Shown here: positions 25,963 to 34,481 of the stretch, in pieces
Layout: every line of letters starts with the position of its first letter
How positions within the stretch are numbered: position 1 is the first letter of the stretch
From: an uncultured Solirubrobacterales bacterium
GTDB taxonomy: Bacteria; Actinomycetota; Thermoleophilia; Solirubrobacterales; 70-9
DNA length: 64,000 bases
Direction: 5' to 3'
Assembly: GCA_963702705.1 (NCBI GenBank)
Contig: CAVPDR010000001.1
Location: 100,821-164,820, forward strand
Notes under the pieces: model-generated
What the model was told of the DNA's origin: nothing
The model's database searches: none
What the model saw: the letters and a program-made list of their open reading frames with translations, nothing else
Program-made: the position numbers and the translations under genes

Positions 25963-26652
25963 ATGTCGGCGCCGATGCCGATGCCGCTCCTCTACGCCGA
26001 CCTGACCGGCCCGATCGTCGACCTCTGCGTCGAAGTGATCGAAAGCACCGGACTCGCCGGGATCTTCCTGCTGATGGCGGCGGGCAGCGCCTGCATCCCG
26101 ATCCCGAGCGAGGCGGTGATGCTGTTCGCCGGCTTCAGCGTCTCCAACGGCGACCAGACCCTGATCGGCGTCAGCCTCGCCGGGCTGGCCGGGAACATGG
26201 TCGGCTCCTGGGCGACCTACGCGATCGGCTACTACGGCCGCGTCGACCTGCTCGAGAAGAACCGGTTGATCCACATCAGCCCGGCCCGCCTCGCCTGGGT
26301 CGACGGCTGGTTCAAGCGCCACGGCGACGCGACCGTCTTCTTCGCCCGGCTGCTGCCGCTCGTGCGTGCCTTCATCTCGCTACCCGCCGGTGTCGCCGAG
26401 ATGCCGTTCTGGCGCTTCACCTGGCTGACCGCACTCGGCTCGCTGCCCTGGGTGGTCGGCTTCGCCCTGGTCGGGCGCGCGGTCGGCGACAACTGGGAAC
26501 AGTGGCGCCACCACCTCCAGGTGCTCGACTACCTCGTGGTCGCGGCGATCGTCGGCCTCATCGTCTACGCGATCGTCAGGCGGCGCCGCGGCGGCGGCTC
26601 CGGCGACAAGGGCACCGCGGCCGAGCCTGCCGGCGGCTCCAGCGGAGCTTGA
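25963..26652 (+). CDS. DedA family membrane protein
   Basis: GIFLLMAAGSACIPIPSEAVMLFAGF ... FFARLLPLVRAFISLPAG. Confidence 0.8.
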   Translation: MSAPMPMPLLYADLTGPIVDLCVEVIESTGLAGIFLLMAAGSACIPIPSEAVMLFAGFSVSNGDQTLIGVSLAGLAGNMVGSWATYAIGYYGRVDLLEKNRLIHISPARLAWVDGWFKRHGDATVFFARLLPLVRAFISLPAGVAEMPFWRFTWLTALGSLPWVVGFALVGRAVGDNWEQWRHHLQVLDYLVVAAIVGLIVYAIVRRRRGGGSGDKGTAAEPAGGSSGA

Positions 26653-27464
26653 GCTCCGCGGCTGACGGCGGGATTCCGGTAAAGCGCGCGATCGCGCTCG
26701 GTGTCGTGCAGGGACCGGCGGAGCTGCTGCCCGTCTCCAGCTCCGCCCACATCGTCCTCGTCCCCTGGCTCGCCGGCTGGGACTGGGAGGCGGTCGATCC
26801 GGAGGTGCGCAAGAGCTTCGAGGTGGCGCTGCACGCCGGTGCCGCGGCGGCGCTGCTGGTCGGCCAGCGCAAGCTGATCGCCGAAGAGCTGCGCGCCTTC
26901 GACGCCCGCGGCGCAGTCGTCCTCGCCCTCTCCTTCCTGCCGGCCGCCGTGGTCGGCTACAGGTTCGAGCGCCCGATCGAGCGGCGGCTGGGGGGACCGC
27001 GGGCGACAGCCTACGGCCTGCTCGCCGGCGCCGCGGCGATGCTCGCCGGCGACACCAGACCGCAGCTGCGCGGCCGCGGCGAGGCCGGCGCGGCGGATGG
27101 GCTGGCGCTCGGCGTCGCCCAGGCGGCGGCCCTCGCCCCCGGCGTCTCGCGCAACGGCATCACCCTCGCCGCCGCCCGCTGGCGGCGCTTCTCGCGCGAC
27201 CAGGCGAACCTGCTCTCGCGCACGATCGCGCTGCCGATCATCGTCGGCGCCACGGGGCTGAAGGGGGTCCGCCTCAACCGCCGCGGCGTCCCGGCCGAGC
27301 TGCGCCGCTCGCTGGCGATCGGCATCGCTGCCTCCTTCGCCTCGACCCTCGCCTCGCAGCGCTTGATCGGGCTGGTCGAGCGCGATCGGGCGCTTTGGCC
27401 CTACGCGGCCTACAGAGCTGGATTGGCGGCCATTGTGCTGGCTAAGCTGTCCCGCGGACACTAA
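26649..27464 (+). CDS. uppP: undecaprenyl-diphosphate phosphatase
   Basis: ALGVVQGPAELLPVSSSAHIVL ... FEVALHAGAAAALL ... PGVSRNGITLAAA are BacA/UppP motifs. There is no in-frame ATG or GTG upstream of them. A TTG at 26649 overlapping the DedA stop is the best candidate start. Confidence 0.75.
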   Translation: MSSAADGGIPVKRAIALGVVQGPAELLPVSSSAHIVLVPWLAGWDWEAVDPEVRKSFEVALHAGAAAALLVGQRKLIAEELRAFDARGAVVLALSFLPAAVVGYRFERPIERRLGGPRATAYGLLAGAAAMLAGDTRPQLRGRGEAGAADGLALGVAQAAALAPGVSRNGITLAAARWRRFSRDQANLLSRTIALPIIVGATGLKGVRLNRRGVPAELRRSLAIGIAASFASTLASQRLIGLVERDRALWPYAAYRAGLAAIVLAKLSRGH

Positions 27465-27549
27465 CTCCAAATCTTGGAGAAACTTGGAGTTGGCTTGGAG
27501 TTGTGGTAGAACTCCAAATCTTGGAGAAACTTGGAGTTGGCTTGGAGTT
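27463..27549 (+). repeat. two direct copies of a 40-bp unit in the Fic leader
   Basis: AACTCCAAATCTTGGAGAAACTTGGAGTTGGCTTGGAGTT at 27463-27502 and 27510-27549, separated by a 7-nt spacer. Each unit holds one AACTCCAA and three CTTGGAG words. The last GGAG is 5 nt from the Fic ATG. Confidence 0.95.
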
Positions 27550-27552
27550 CCG

Positions 27553-28923
27553 ATGTTCGTAGCGAGAGCACCATCCATCGACGAATTGATCGAGAGCCTC
27601 GGAACCGGGGCCGCACTCGATGCGATGAGGTCCTCGAGCGACACCCTGCCACGCGACCGCTACTTGCACTGGGACAAGCTTCGGCGACTTCCGTCGCCGC
27701 CCGGCCTTTCCAGCGAGCAATGGTGGCTCAAGGTCAAGCTCGCAAGGAGCGACGAACTACGGCAGCTTCCGCTTACAGACCCCAACGGGAGCCCATTCGG
27801 CTATACGTTGCCTGACACGGTTCATCGCCACCTCCACCGCATCGCTCAGCGCTGCAGCGGCGAGGTTGCCATGGACGAGGTCGTCACATCCGAACGGGAG
27901 GCAGGCCAGCGCTTTCTGGTCAACTCGCTAATGGAGGAGGCGATCCGGTCGAGTCAATTGGAGGGAGCGACCACTTCTCGAGTGATTGCCAAGGAGCTGC
28001 TGCGCAGTGGGCGCGAGCCCAAGGATCGCAGCGAGCGAATGATCGCCAACAATTACCGCGCGCTTCAGTTCATGCGGGACGAGATGGGCGAAAAGCTAAG
28101 CCCGGAATCGATCCTTGAACTGCATCGGATCGTCACCGAGGGAACCCTCGACGATCCTTCGGCAGCCGGGCGCCTTCAGCAGCCCGGAGAGAGACGGGTA
28201 GCTGTCTTCGACCGCGACGACGGCGAGCCGATCCACAAGCCGCCGCCCGCTGAACAGCTTCCGGAGAGGATGCGGCTGCTCTGTGAATTCGCCAATGAAG
28301 GAGAAGGCAGTGAGCAGTTCGTGTATCCGGTGGTGCGAGCGATCCTGCTGCACTTCTGGCTCGCTTACGACCATCCCTTCGAGGACGGCAACGGCCGGAC
28401 AGCGAGAATTCTCTTCTTCTGGTTGATGCAGCGACGCGGATACTGGCTCGCCGAATACCTGCCGATCTCGAGGCTGATACGGAGGGCACAATCGCAATAC
28501 GCCCGGGCTTTCGTGGAAACCGAGACTGACGGTGGCGATACGACCTACTTCCTGATCCACCAACTCAAAATCATCGAGCGTTCGATCGACGATCTGCACC
28601 ACTACTTGCAACGAAAGATCGCGGAGGTGCGCAATGTCGAGCAACTGCTGCATCGCGACGACGACCTCAACGGACGGCAGCTCGCCTTGCTCACCGACGC
28701 CGTTCGGCATCCCGAGGGGCTGTACTCGTTCGACAGTCATGCGACAAGTCACCGCGTTTCGCATGAGACAGCGCGCTCCGATCTCAGGCAACTTGTCGAC
28801 CGAGGGTTGCTGGTTCAGCGCCGAAGGGGTCGGATGCACGTCTTCGAGCCGGCGCCCGACATCGAGGAGAGGCTGAAAGAATCCGGTAATGAGCGGAGAC
28901 GCGTACGCAAGGGCGGGGGTTGA
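27553..28923 (+). CDS. Fic family protein (class II, intramolecular inhibitory helix, C-terminal winged-helix-like tail)
   Basis: Fic motif HPFEDGNGRTARILFF. Inhibitory motif SSQLEG of the form (S/T)xxxE(G/N) lies about 130 aa upstream. The C-terminus LNGRQLALL ... SHETARSDLRQLVDRGLL is wHTH-like. Codons are visibly less GC-rich than in neighbours. Confidence 0.85.
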   Translation: MFVARAPSIDELIESLGTGAALDAMRSSSDTLPRDRYLHWDKLRRLPSPPGLSSEQWWLKVKLARSDELRQLPLTDPNGSPFGYTLPDTVHRHLHRIAQRCSGEVAMDEVVTSEREAGQRFLVNSLMEEAIRSSQLEGATTSRVIAKELLRSGREPKDRSERMIANNYRALQFMRDEMGEKLSPESILELHRIVTEGTLDDPSAAGRLQQPGERRVAVFDRDDGEPIHKPPPAEQLPERMRLLCEFANEGEGSEQFVYPVVRAILLHFWLAYDHPFEDGNGRTARILFFWLMQRRGYWLAEYLPISRLIRRAQSQYARAFVETETDGGDTTYFLIHQLKIIERSIDDLHHYLQRKIAEVRNVEQLLHRDDDLNGRQLALLTDAVRHPEGLYSFDSHATSHRVSHETARSDLRQLVDRGLLVQRRRGRMHVFEPAPDIEERLKESGNERRRVRKGGG

Positions 28924-29899
28924 CCAGGGGGCCGCGGACTCCGCGGTCGCCGGTCTGGTCAAGGCGCTCGGCGCGATCCAACTTGGGCGGGCCTCGCGCC
29001 AGGTGCCGCTGCCTGGGCACTACGCGAGCGTGATCGAGCTCGACGAGCGGACCGGGATCGCGCTCTCCACCGACGGGGTCGGCACCAAGCTGCTTGTTGC
29101 CGAGCAGCTCGGTCGCTACGACAGCGTCGGCATCGACTGCGTGGCGATGAACGTCAACGACGTGATCTGCGTCGGCGCCGAGCCACTGGCGATGCTCGAC
29201 TACATCGCGATCGACAAGGCCGACCCGGCGGTCTGCGCGGAAGTGGGGGTCGGCTTGGCTCGCGGGGCCGAGCTGGCGGGCGTCGAGATCCCCGGCGGCG
29301 AGCTCGCGCAGCTGGGCGAGATGGTGCGCGGCGTCGACGTCTCGGGCGCCTGCTTCGGCACCGTCGCCCTTGCTGAGATCGTCGACGGCTCGGCCGTGCA
29401 GCCCGGCGACCCGATCCTCGGCCTCCCATCCTCCGGCCTGCACTCCAACGGCTACAGCCTTGCCCGCTCGGCGCTGGCCGGTCTGCCGCTCGACGAGGAC
29501 CCGGCAGGCCGGCTCGGCCGGCCGCTCGGCGACGAGCTGCTGGAGCCGACCGAGATCTACGTCAAGCCGGTGCTCGAGCTGCTGCGCTCCGAGTTCGAGG
29601 TGCGCGGCCTCGCCCACATCACCTCCGGCGGGCTCGGCAACCTGCTTCGCCTCGCCGCTGAGGTCGGCTATGAAATCGACGATCCGCTCCCGGCGCCGCC
29701 GGTCTTCGGCCTGATCCAGGAGCGCTCCGGCGCCTCCGACGAGGAGATGCACGACGTCTTCAACATGGGCTGCGGCTTCTGCTGCGTCGTCGCCCCCGGC
29801 GACGAGGATGCGGCGCTCGAAATGCTCCGCCGCCACTACCCGGGGGCGAAGCGGATCGGCACCGCGGTCGACGGCCTGCACGAAGTCCACCGCAGCTGA
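28889..29899 (+). CDS. purM: phosphoribosylformylglycinamidine cyclo-ligase (AIR synthetase)
   Basis: MSGDAYARAGVDQGAADSAV ... DGVGTKLLVAEQLG ... SSGLHSNGYSL. The start overlaps the Fic 3' end by 35 nt. Confidence 0.9.
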   Translation: MSGDAYARAGVDQGAADSAVAGLVKALGAIQLGRASRQVPLPGHYASVIELDERTGIALSTDGVGTKLLVAEQLGRYDSVGIDCVAMNVNDVICVGAEPLAMLDYIAIDKADPAVCAEVGVGLARGAELAGVEIPGGELAQLGEMVRGVDVSGACFGTVALAEIVDGSAVQPGDPILGLPSSGLHSNGYSLARSALAGLPLDEDPAGRLGRPLGDELLEPTEIYVKPVLELLRSEFEVRGLAHITSGGLGNLLRLAAEVGYEIDDPLPAPPVFGLIQERSGASDEEMHDVFNMGCGFCCVVAPGDEDAALEMLRRHYPGAKRIGTAVDGLHEVHRS

Positions 29900-29914
29900 G
29901 CGGGAGACCGCGGT

Positions 29915-29935
29915 TCGATAGAGAACCTCTATCGA
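29915..29935 (+). terminator. 9-bp hairpin after purM
   Basis: TCGATAGAG-AAC-CTCTATCGA lies 16 nt after the purM stop. No T-tract follows. Confidence 0.3.
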
Positions 29936-29963
29936 GATCGTGCCCGACAATATGAGCAGTTAG

Positions 29964-31478
29964 ATGGAAGCCCGCTCGAGCAGCGCGATGATCGGCACGG
30001 TTCTCTCCGGCCGCTACCGGCTGGAGGCGAAGCTGGGCAGCGGCGGCATGTCGACCGTCTACCTGGCGCGCGATCAGACACTCGACCGGCAGGTGGCGGT
30101 CAAGGTGATGCACCGCGAGATGTCCGAGCAGGCCGACCAGCTCGAGCGCTTCCGCCAGGAGGCGCGCTCGGTCGCCAAGTTCTCCCACCCCAACGTGGTC
30201 TCGGTGATCGACGCTGGCGAGGACGGCGGCCACCCCTACATCGTCTTCGAGTACATCGAGGGCGAAACGCTGAAGCAGCGCATCAACCGCAATGGCGCGC
30301 TCGAGCCGCAGGAGGCGATCGCCTACGCGATCGAGATCGCCCGCGGCCTCGCGGTCGCCCACGCGCGCAACATGGTTCACCGCGACATCAAGCCGCAGAA
30401 CATCCTGATCGACGCCGAGGGCAGGGCGAAGTTGACCGACTTCGGCATCTCGCGCCAACTCGAGCAGGACGGGATGACCGCGACCGGGCGGGTGCTCGGC
30501 ACCACCGACTACGTCGCCCCCGAGCAGGCGATGGGCCGCAAGGTCGACCCCCGCACCGACATCTACTCGCTCGGCGTCGTCCTCTACGAGATGCTGGTCG
30601 GCCAGGTCCCCTTCGCCGCCGACAGCCAGGTCGGCGTGGCGATGAAGCACGTCAACGAGGAGCTTCCCGACGTGCAGCGCCGTCGCCCCGACGTCTCGGC
30701 CGCGGTCGCGCTGGTGGTCGAGCGGTCGACCGCCAAGGACCCGGCGCAGCGCTATCAGCAGGTGAGCGAGATGATCGACGACCTCTCGACCGCGCTCGAG
30801 GTCGAGGCGGCGCGAGCGGGATCGACCACCGGCGAGGCGACCAGCGTGCTCGACGCGGTTCCTCCCCCAAAGCGCAAGCTCTCGTCGCGGGCCCGCTGGT
30901 CCTGGGTCGCGATCCTCGCGGTGCTCCTCGTCGCCGGCGGGACGCTGCTCGCGGTGCAGCTGATCTCCAGCGGCAAGCTCGGCGGTGGTGGGGCCGAGAA
31001 GGGCAGCGGTAAGGCAATCCAGATCAGCTCGGCGACCGACTACGACCCAGAGGGCGACGGCGAAGAGGTGGGCAGCAAGGTCGGTCTCGCCGTCGACGGC
31101 GATCCGACCGGGACCGCCTGGGAAACCGAGCATTACGAATCGGACACCTTCGCCGGCACCAAGACCGGCCCCGACCCCGGCGTCGGCATCTACGTGACGG
31201 CGGCCTCTCCCGCCAAGCCGACGAAGATGATCGTCCGCACCCCGACGCCGGGCTGGGACGCCGAGGTCTTCGCCGCCCCATCGGGCCCGCCGGAAGCGCT
31301 GTCCGAATGGGGAGAACCGGTCGGCACCGCGGTCGATGCCTCCTCGACGCAGGAGATCGACCTCGACGTCACCGAGCCCGCCACCTACTTCCTGCTCTGG
31401 TTCAACAAAGCCTCGGAAGCCCACGACCAGTTCGGCGGCTATCAAGTCGAGATCAGCGACATCAACCTCTTGCGGTGA
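29964..31478 (+). CDS. Ser/Thr protein kinase with one TM segment and an extracellular discoidin-like domain
   Basis: GSGGMSTVYLARD ... VAVKV ... HRDIKPQNIL ... DFGIS ... TDYVAPEQ. TM segment WSWVAILAVLLVAGGTLLAV. The C-terminus has DGDPTGTAWETEHY. Confidence 0.9.
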   Translation: MEARSSSAMIGTVLSGRYRLEAKLGSGGMSTVYLARDQTLDRQVAVKVMHREMSEQADQLERFRQEARSVAKFSHPNVVSVIDAGEDGGHPYIVFEYIEGETLKQRINRNGALEPQEAIAYAIEIARGLAVAHARNMVHRDIKPQNILIDAEGRAKLTDFGISRQLEQDGMTATGRVLGTTDYVAPEQAMGRKVDPRTDIYSLGVVLYEMLVGQVPFAADSQVGVAMKHVNEELPDVQRRRPDVSAAVALVVERSTAKDPAQRYQQVSEMIDDLSTALEVEAARAGSTTGEATSVLDAVPPPKRKLSSRARWSWVAILAVLLVAGGTLLAVQLISSGKLGGGGAEKGSGKAIQISSATDYDPEGDGEEVGSKVGLAVDGDPTGTAWETEHYESDTFAGTKTGPDPGVGIYVTAASPAKPTKMIVRTPTPGWDAEVFAAPSGPPEALSEWGEPVGTAVDASSTQEIDLDVTEPATYFLLWFNKASEAHDQFGGYQVEISDINLLR

Positions 31479-34417
31479 TGCACACCGGCGGGACTGCAAC
31501 TCAAAGGCTCAACACCTTCCAGGGTTGCTCGAGGATTTTTTCGAAGCAGGGCCGCAGTGGCGCCAGCAAATCCTCGACTTCGGCGGCGGCATCGGCCCGG
31601 GGTTGAGCGGTCAAGCTCTTCGAGGTCATGGAGGGCAGCCAGTCGACCGCCTTGGCTGCATTCCCGCCGGTACCACTCGGGCCGAACCAAGAGCAGATCG
31701 CCGAAGCGGCAGCCGGGCTCCTCGCGATCGACAGGAAGGGCGAGATCCTCGAACAACGTCCCCACGTCGAGCACTCCCCAAGCAACCGATTTCATCGTGA
31801 GGCTAAATCGCGTCGTATTCGCTGCGAGGGTTCCGAACACACCGCAGAGCATCCTCGGCAGCAGAGCGGCAGCTATGCCCTCACTTGCAAGCACGATCGA
31901 GTCAGTTTCCTCGGAGGCCGCGATTTGAGCGGTGGATCCGAGTGTCGAAATTCGCCCAGAGCGCGTCTCAGCTCCGAGGGCGAGGACGGATCTTTCAAGT
32001 GTCCAGCTCCCGGTCCTCTCGAGAACGCCCTCGAAGACAACAACGGACCGCTCGGCATGAACGGTCGCCGGCGCCTGTCCGCCGAGCCGGGCAAAGCTCT
32101 CCTTGATCATCAGGCTTCCTACCGATGCGTCGAATTTGGCAGTGTTGAGGACCAGGGAGCAGCCGAAGCCTCGAAGCGAGCCTACGTGTGACGATTTCAC
32201 GTCCAGAGTGGCCGACGACGCATTGAGCGTGCACGCGTCCAGCGATGACGCTGTCAAGTCGATCTGCGCGGTCGCCCGCTCGGAGTGCAGCTGCTCGATC
32301 GTGGAGGACGCGACGCCCGCGCAGATATCTGACTCGTTCAGTGTCATCTCAACGATGTGAGACTCCCGGATGTCAACCGCCTTCCAGGTCGCATCCCGAA
32401 GCTCAAGTGAGGCAATGGTGCAGTCTGACCAAGCGGAGTCGACCATCCGTGTGCCGGTAAACCCGAGACGGCCGAAACTCGCCTCAAAGATTTCGCCATT
32501 TTTGAGGAGAGGTAGGTCATGGTCCGGTCTGGTGTAGAGAAATGCAACCAGCGCGTTCCTTCTCACTACCCTGTCCAATGGATCGGCCTGATTGAACTTG
32601 TCCCATATCCCCTCACCGACCTCCGGTTGCGTTGGAGCAAACCCTCCGAGGAAGTAGAGGACCTCCCGATCGAGCCACTGGCTCATCAGAGACGGCGTTT
32701 CGCCCAGTGCTTCCCTTAGAACGCGAGCTACAAAAAACTCGCGAAACGATTTATGGACGAATCGGCACCTGCCGTCCTGATCCAGCGTTACGAACGAGCA
32801 GGTCGCGAAGTCGGTGGCGATCTCCTCTCCGGTGAGACCGCTGGCCTCGACCTCTTCTCTTGCGGTGGCGCCGGCCAGGAGCCGCTCGAGCGTCAGGTGG
32901 AAATCGACTTCGAGCGTATTGGCTTCGTACATCTGCACAGCCAGGGCCTCGGCAAGCGTTCGCCGGGCGTGGAGCGTTAGGCCTCCTCGCCGAACAACCC
33001 CCTTGGCCAGGTCAAGGTCGAGCTTTGCCCGCGTGTAAATCTCGTACAGGCCGGATGCTCCGTAACGCGTGTCGGTGTCCTTCGGGTCGAGGCCACCGAT
33101 AATCACCGAGTCGATGATCATCGTCAGGAGCAATGGCCGGGTTGCGAGGTCGGCCAGATCGTAGATCCGATCGATCAGATCCATGAGGTCCTCGGGCGTC
33201 GCGCCTGCCCGTGCCAACTCATCGCGCCGCAGCTCGACCAGCTGCTGCACACGCCTTCGATCCAGTGGCAGCAGCCGCACGAGCTGTGCATCGCGCTTTC
33301 CCAGCGCCCTCCGATCGGCACGGCCGGGACGGCTCTCGCGATGCCGCTCCACCAGTCCGCGTCGCAGGCGGTCGGCTTCGTCGAAGATCTCGCTCTTTGA
33401 CGGCAGCGGCTCGGTCAGATCGGCTTCCTGGTCATTCAGCGTTCGTATCAAGCCATCCAGCTCACCACGCTCTACAAAGTAACTGGGACGGGAAGTGACT
33501 ACGGATGGCGAGCGCGAGCGCAGCACGGCGAGGAGCTCGTGGAAGAGATCGACGCGGCGCGATGGATCGCTACGCTCAACCATCTCGTCAAAGCCATCGA
33601 ACAGAATGTAAAAATGTCCACTTTGAATGCGTTGCCAGAGCAGGTCGGCCGGCGGGTCCCGATAGTACGCATCGCGGAAGCTGCCTCGTAGTAGCGCTGT
33701 AAGGTCCTGGCTTTGTCGAAATTCGCGCAGTGCCACATACAGAGGCACACGCGTGTCTCGACCGGCGAGATAGGCCTTGGCTCGCTCGTACTGAATGGAG
33801 TTGACGAGGGTCGTCTTACCAGCCCCGAAATCGCCCAGGATGAAGAGCGCGTTGGGGGCTTGGTCGGTCAGCTCGCGAGCGCCCATCCATTCCTTGAGGA
33901 TTGCGTCGAGGGTCAAGCCGGATCTTTTTCTGGGAGAAAAGGTTGACCACGAGAGTGGCTCGACCGATAGCGGCAGGTACTGACGGTAGATCGGGGAATT
34001 TTCGTAGTCGGCTACGAATCTCTCGAGTTGATGGCGTACGTCGAGCAAGTGGGCGGCGAGCTGCTCCCATGTCAGTAGTTGAATATGGCCGTGCTTGGCT
34101 GCGGCCTGACGTGCGTGTTGCGTAAAGCCGCTTGAACTCACCATTACCCCCGAGAGGATGTCCGGGCCAGCCTGTTCGCTGATTATGCGCGCTATGAAGT
34201 CGTTGACGAGCTTGATCCCGATCGCTTTTTTTTCGTCCTTGCACTCGACGATGAGTTTGAGTGTGGGGCCGCCCTCAACATGGCGATGGGCAACCAGGTC
34301 GGATTGGTTGCCGTCGAGTTGAAGGTTAGGCGTGACTTGGTACCCGAGCGCCCGGTAGACGTCGGCGACGCGCCGCTCGAATTCTTTGCCCGGCCTCAGA
34401 GATCCGCCCGCCGTCAC
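31442..34417 (-). CDS. STAND NTPase: Mrr-like PD-(D/E)xK nuclease + NACHT + pentapeptide-like repeats
   Basis: Nuclease core GNQSDLVAH...LKLIVECKDEK...SSGFTQHARQAA. Walker A GDFGAGKTT, Walker B YILFDGFDEM, then VVTSRPS and FVHKSFREFFVA. The C-terminal ~330 aa are repetitive. A GTG start at 34417 is proposed because upstream ORF-track residues overlap ddl. The gene is visibly lower in GC. Confidence 0.8.
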   Translation of the reverse strand: MTAGGSLRPGKEFERRVADVYRALGYQVTPNLQLDGNQSDLVAHRHVEGGPTLKLIVECKDEKKAIGIKLVNDFIARIISEQAGPDILSGVMVSSSGFTQHARQAAAKHGHIQLLTWEQLAAHLLDVRHQLERFVADYENSPIYRQYLPLSVEPLSWSTFSPRKRSGLTLDAILKEWMGARELTDQAPNALFILGDFGAGKTTLVNSIQYERAKAYLAGRDTRVPLYVALREFRQSQDLTALLRGSFRDAYYRDPPADLLWQRIQSGHFYILFDGFDEMVERSDPSRRVDLFHELLAVLRSRSPSVVTSRPSYFVERGELDGLIRTLNDQEADLTEPLPSKSEIFDEADRLRRGLVERHRESRPGRADRRALGKRDAQLVRLLPLDRRRVQQLVELRRDELARAGATPEDLMDLIDRIYDLADLATRPLLLTMIIDSVIIGGLDPKDTDTRYGASGLYEIYTRAKLDLDLAKGVVRRGGLTLHARRTLAEALAVQMYEANTLEVDFHLTLERLLAGATAREEVEASGLTGEEIATDFATCSFVTLDQDGRCRFVHKSFREFFVARVLREALGETPSLMSQWLDREVLYFLGGFAPTQPEVGEGIWDKFNQADPLDRVVRRNALVAFLYTRPDHDLPLLKNGEIFEASFGRLGFTGTRMVDSAWSDCTIASLELRDATWKAVDIRESHIVEMTLNESDICAGVASSTIEQLHSERATAQIDLTASSLDACTLNASSATLDVKSSHVGSLRGFGCSLVLNTAKFDASVGSLMIKESFARLGGQAPATVHAERSVVVFEGVLERTGSWTLERSVLALGAETRSGRISTLGSTAQIAASEETDSIVLASEGIAAALLPRMLCGVFGTLAANTTRFSLTMKSVAWGVLDVGTLFEDLALPVDREEPGCRFGDLLLVRPEWYRRECSQGGRLAALHDLEELDRSTPGRCRRRSRGFAGATAALLRKNPRATLEGVEPLSCSPAGVHHRKRLMSLIST

Positions 34418-34481
34418 TTGCGATGTATCGACGCTGATTGGGTCAAACCAACTGGAGCAGTGTAATGCCCCAGCGGGGAAA

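Noticed and set aside
25941-26648. N-terminal 236 codons of the 507-aa ORF that ends as uppP
   Set aside because: This part overlaps the DedA gene in another frame and is Arg/Pro-rich. UppP homology begins only near 26670, so the gene was trimmed to a TTG at 26649.
27463-27549. Possible CRISPR array
   Set aside because: There are only two 40-bp units with a 7-nt spacer and no cas genes nearby. The units are themselves built from 8-nt words. It is better explained as a regulatory leader repeat.
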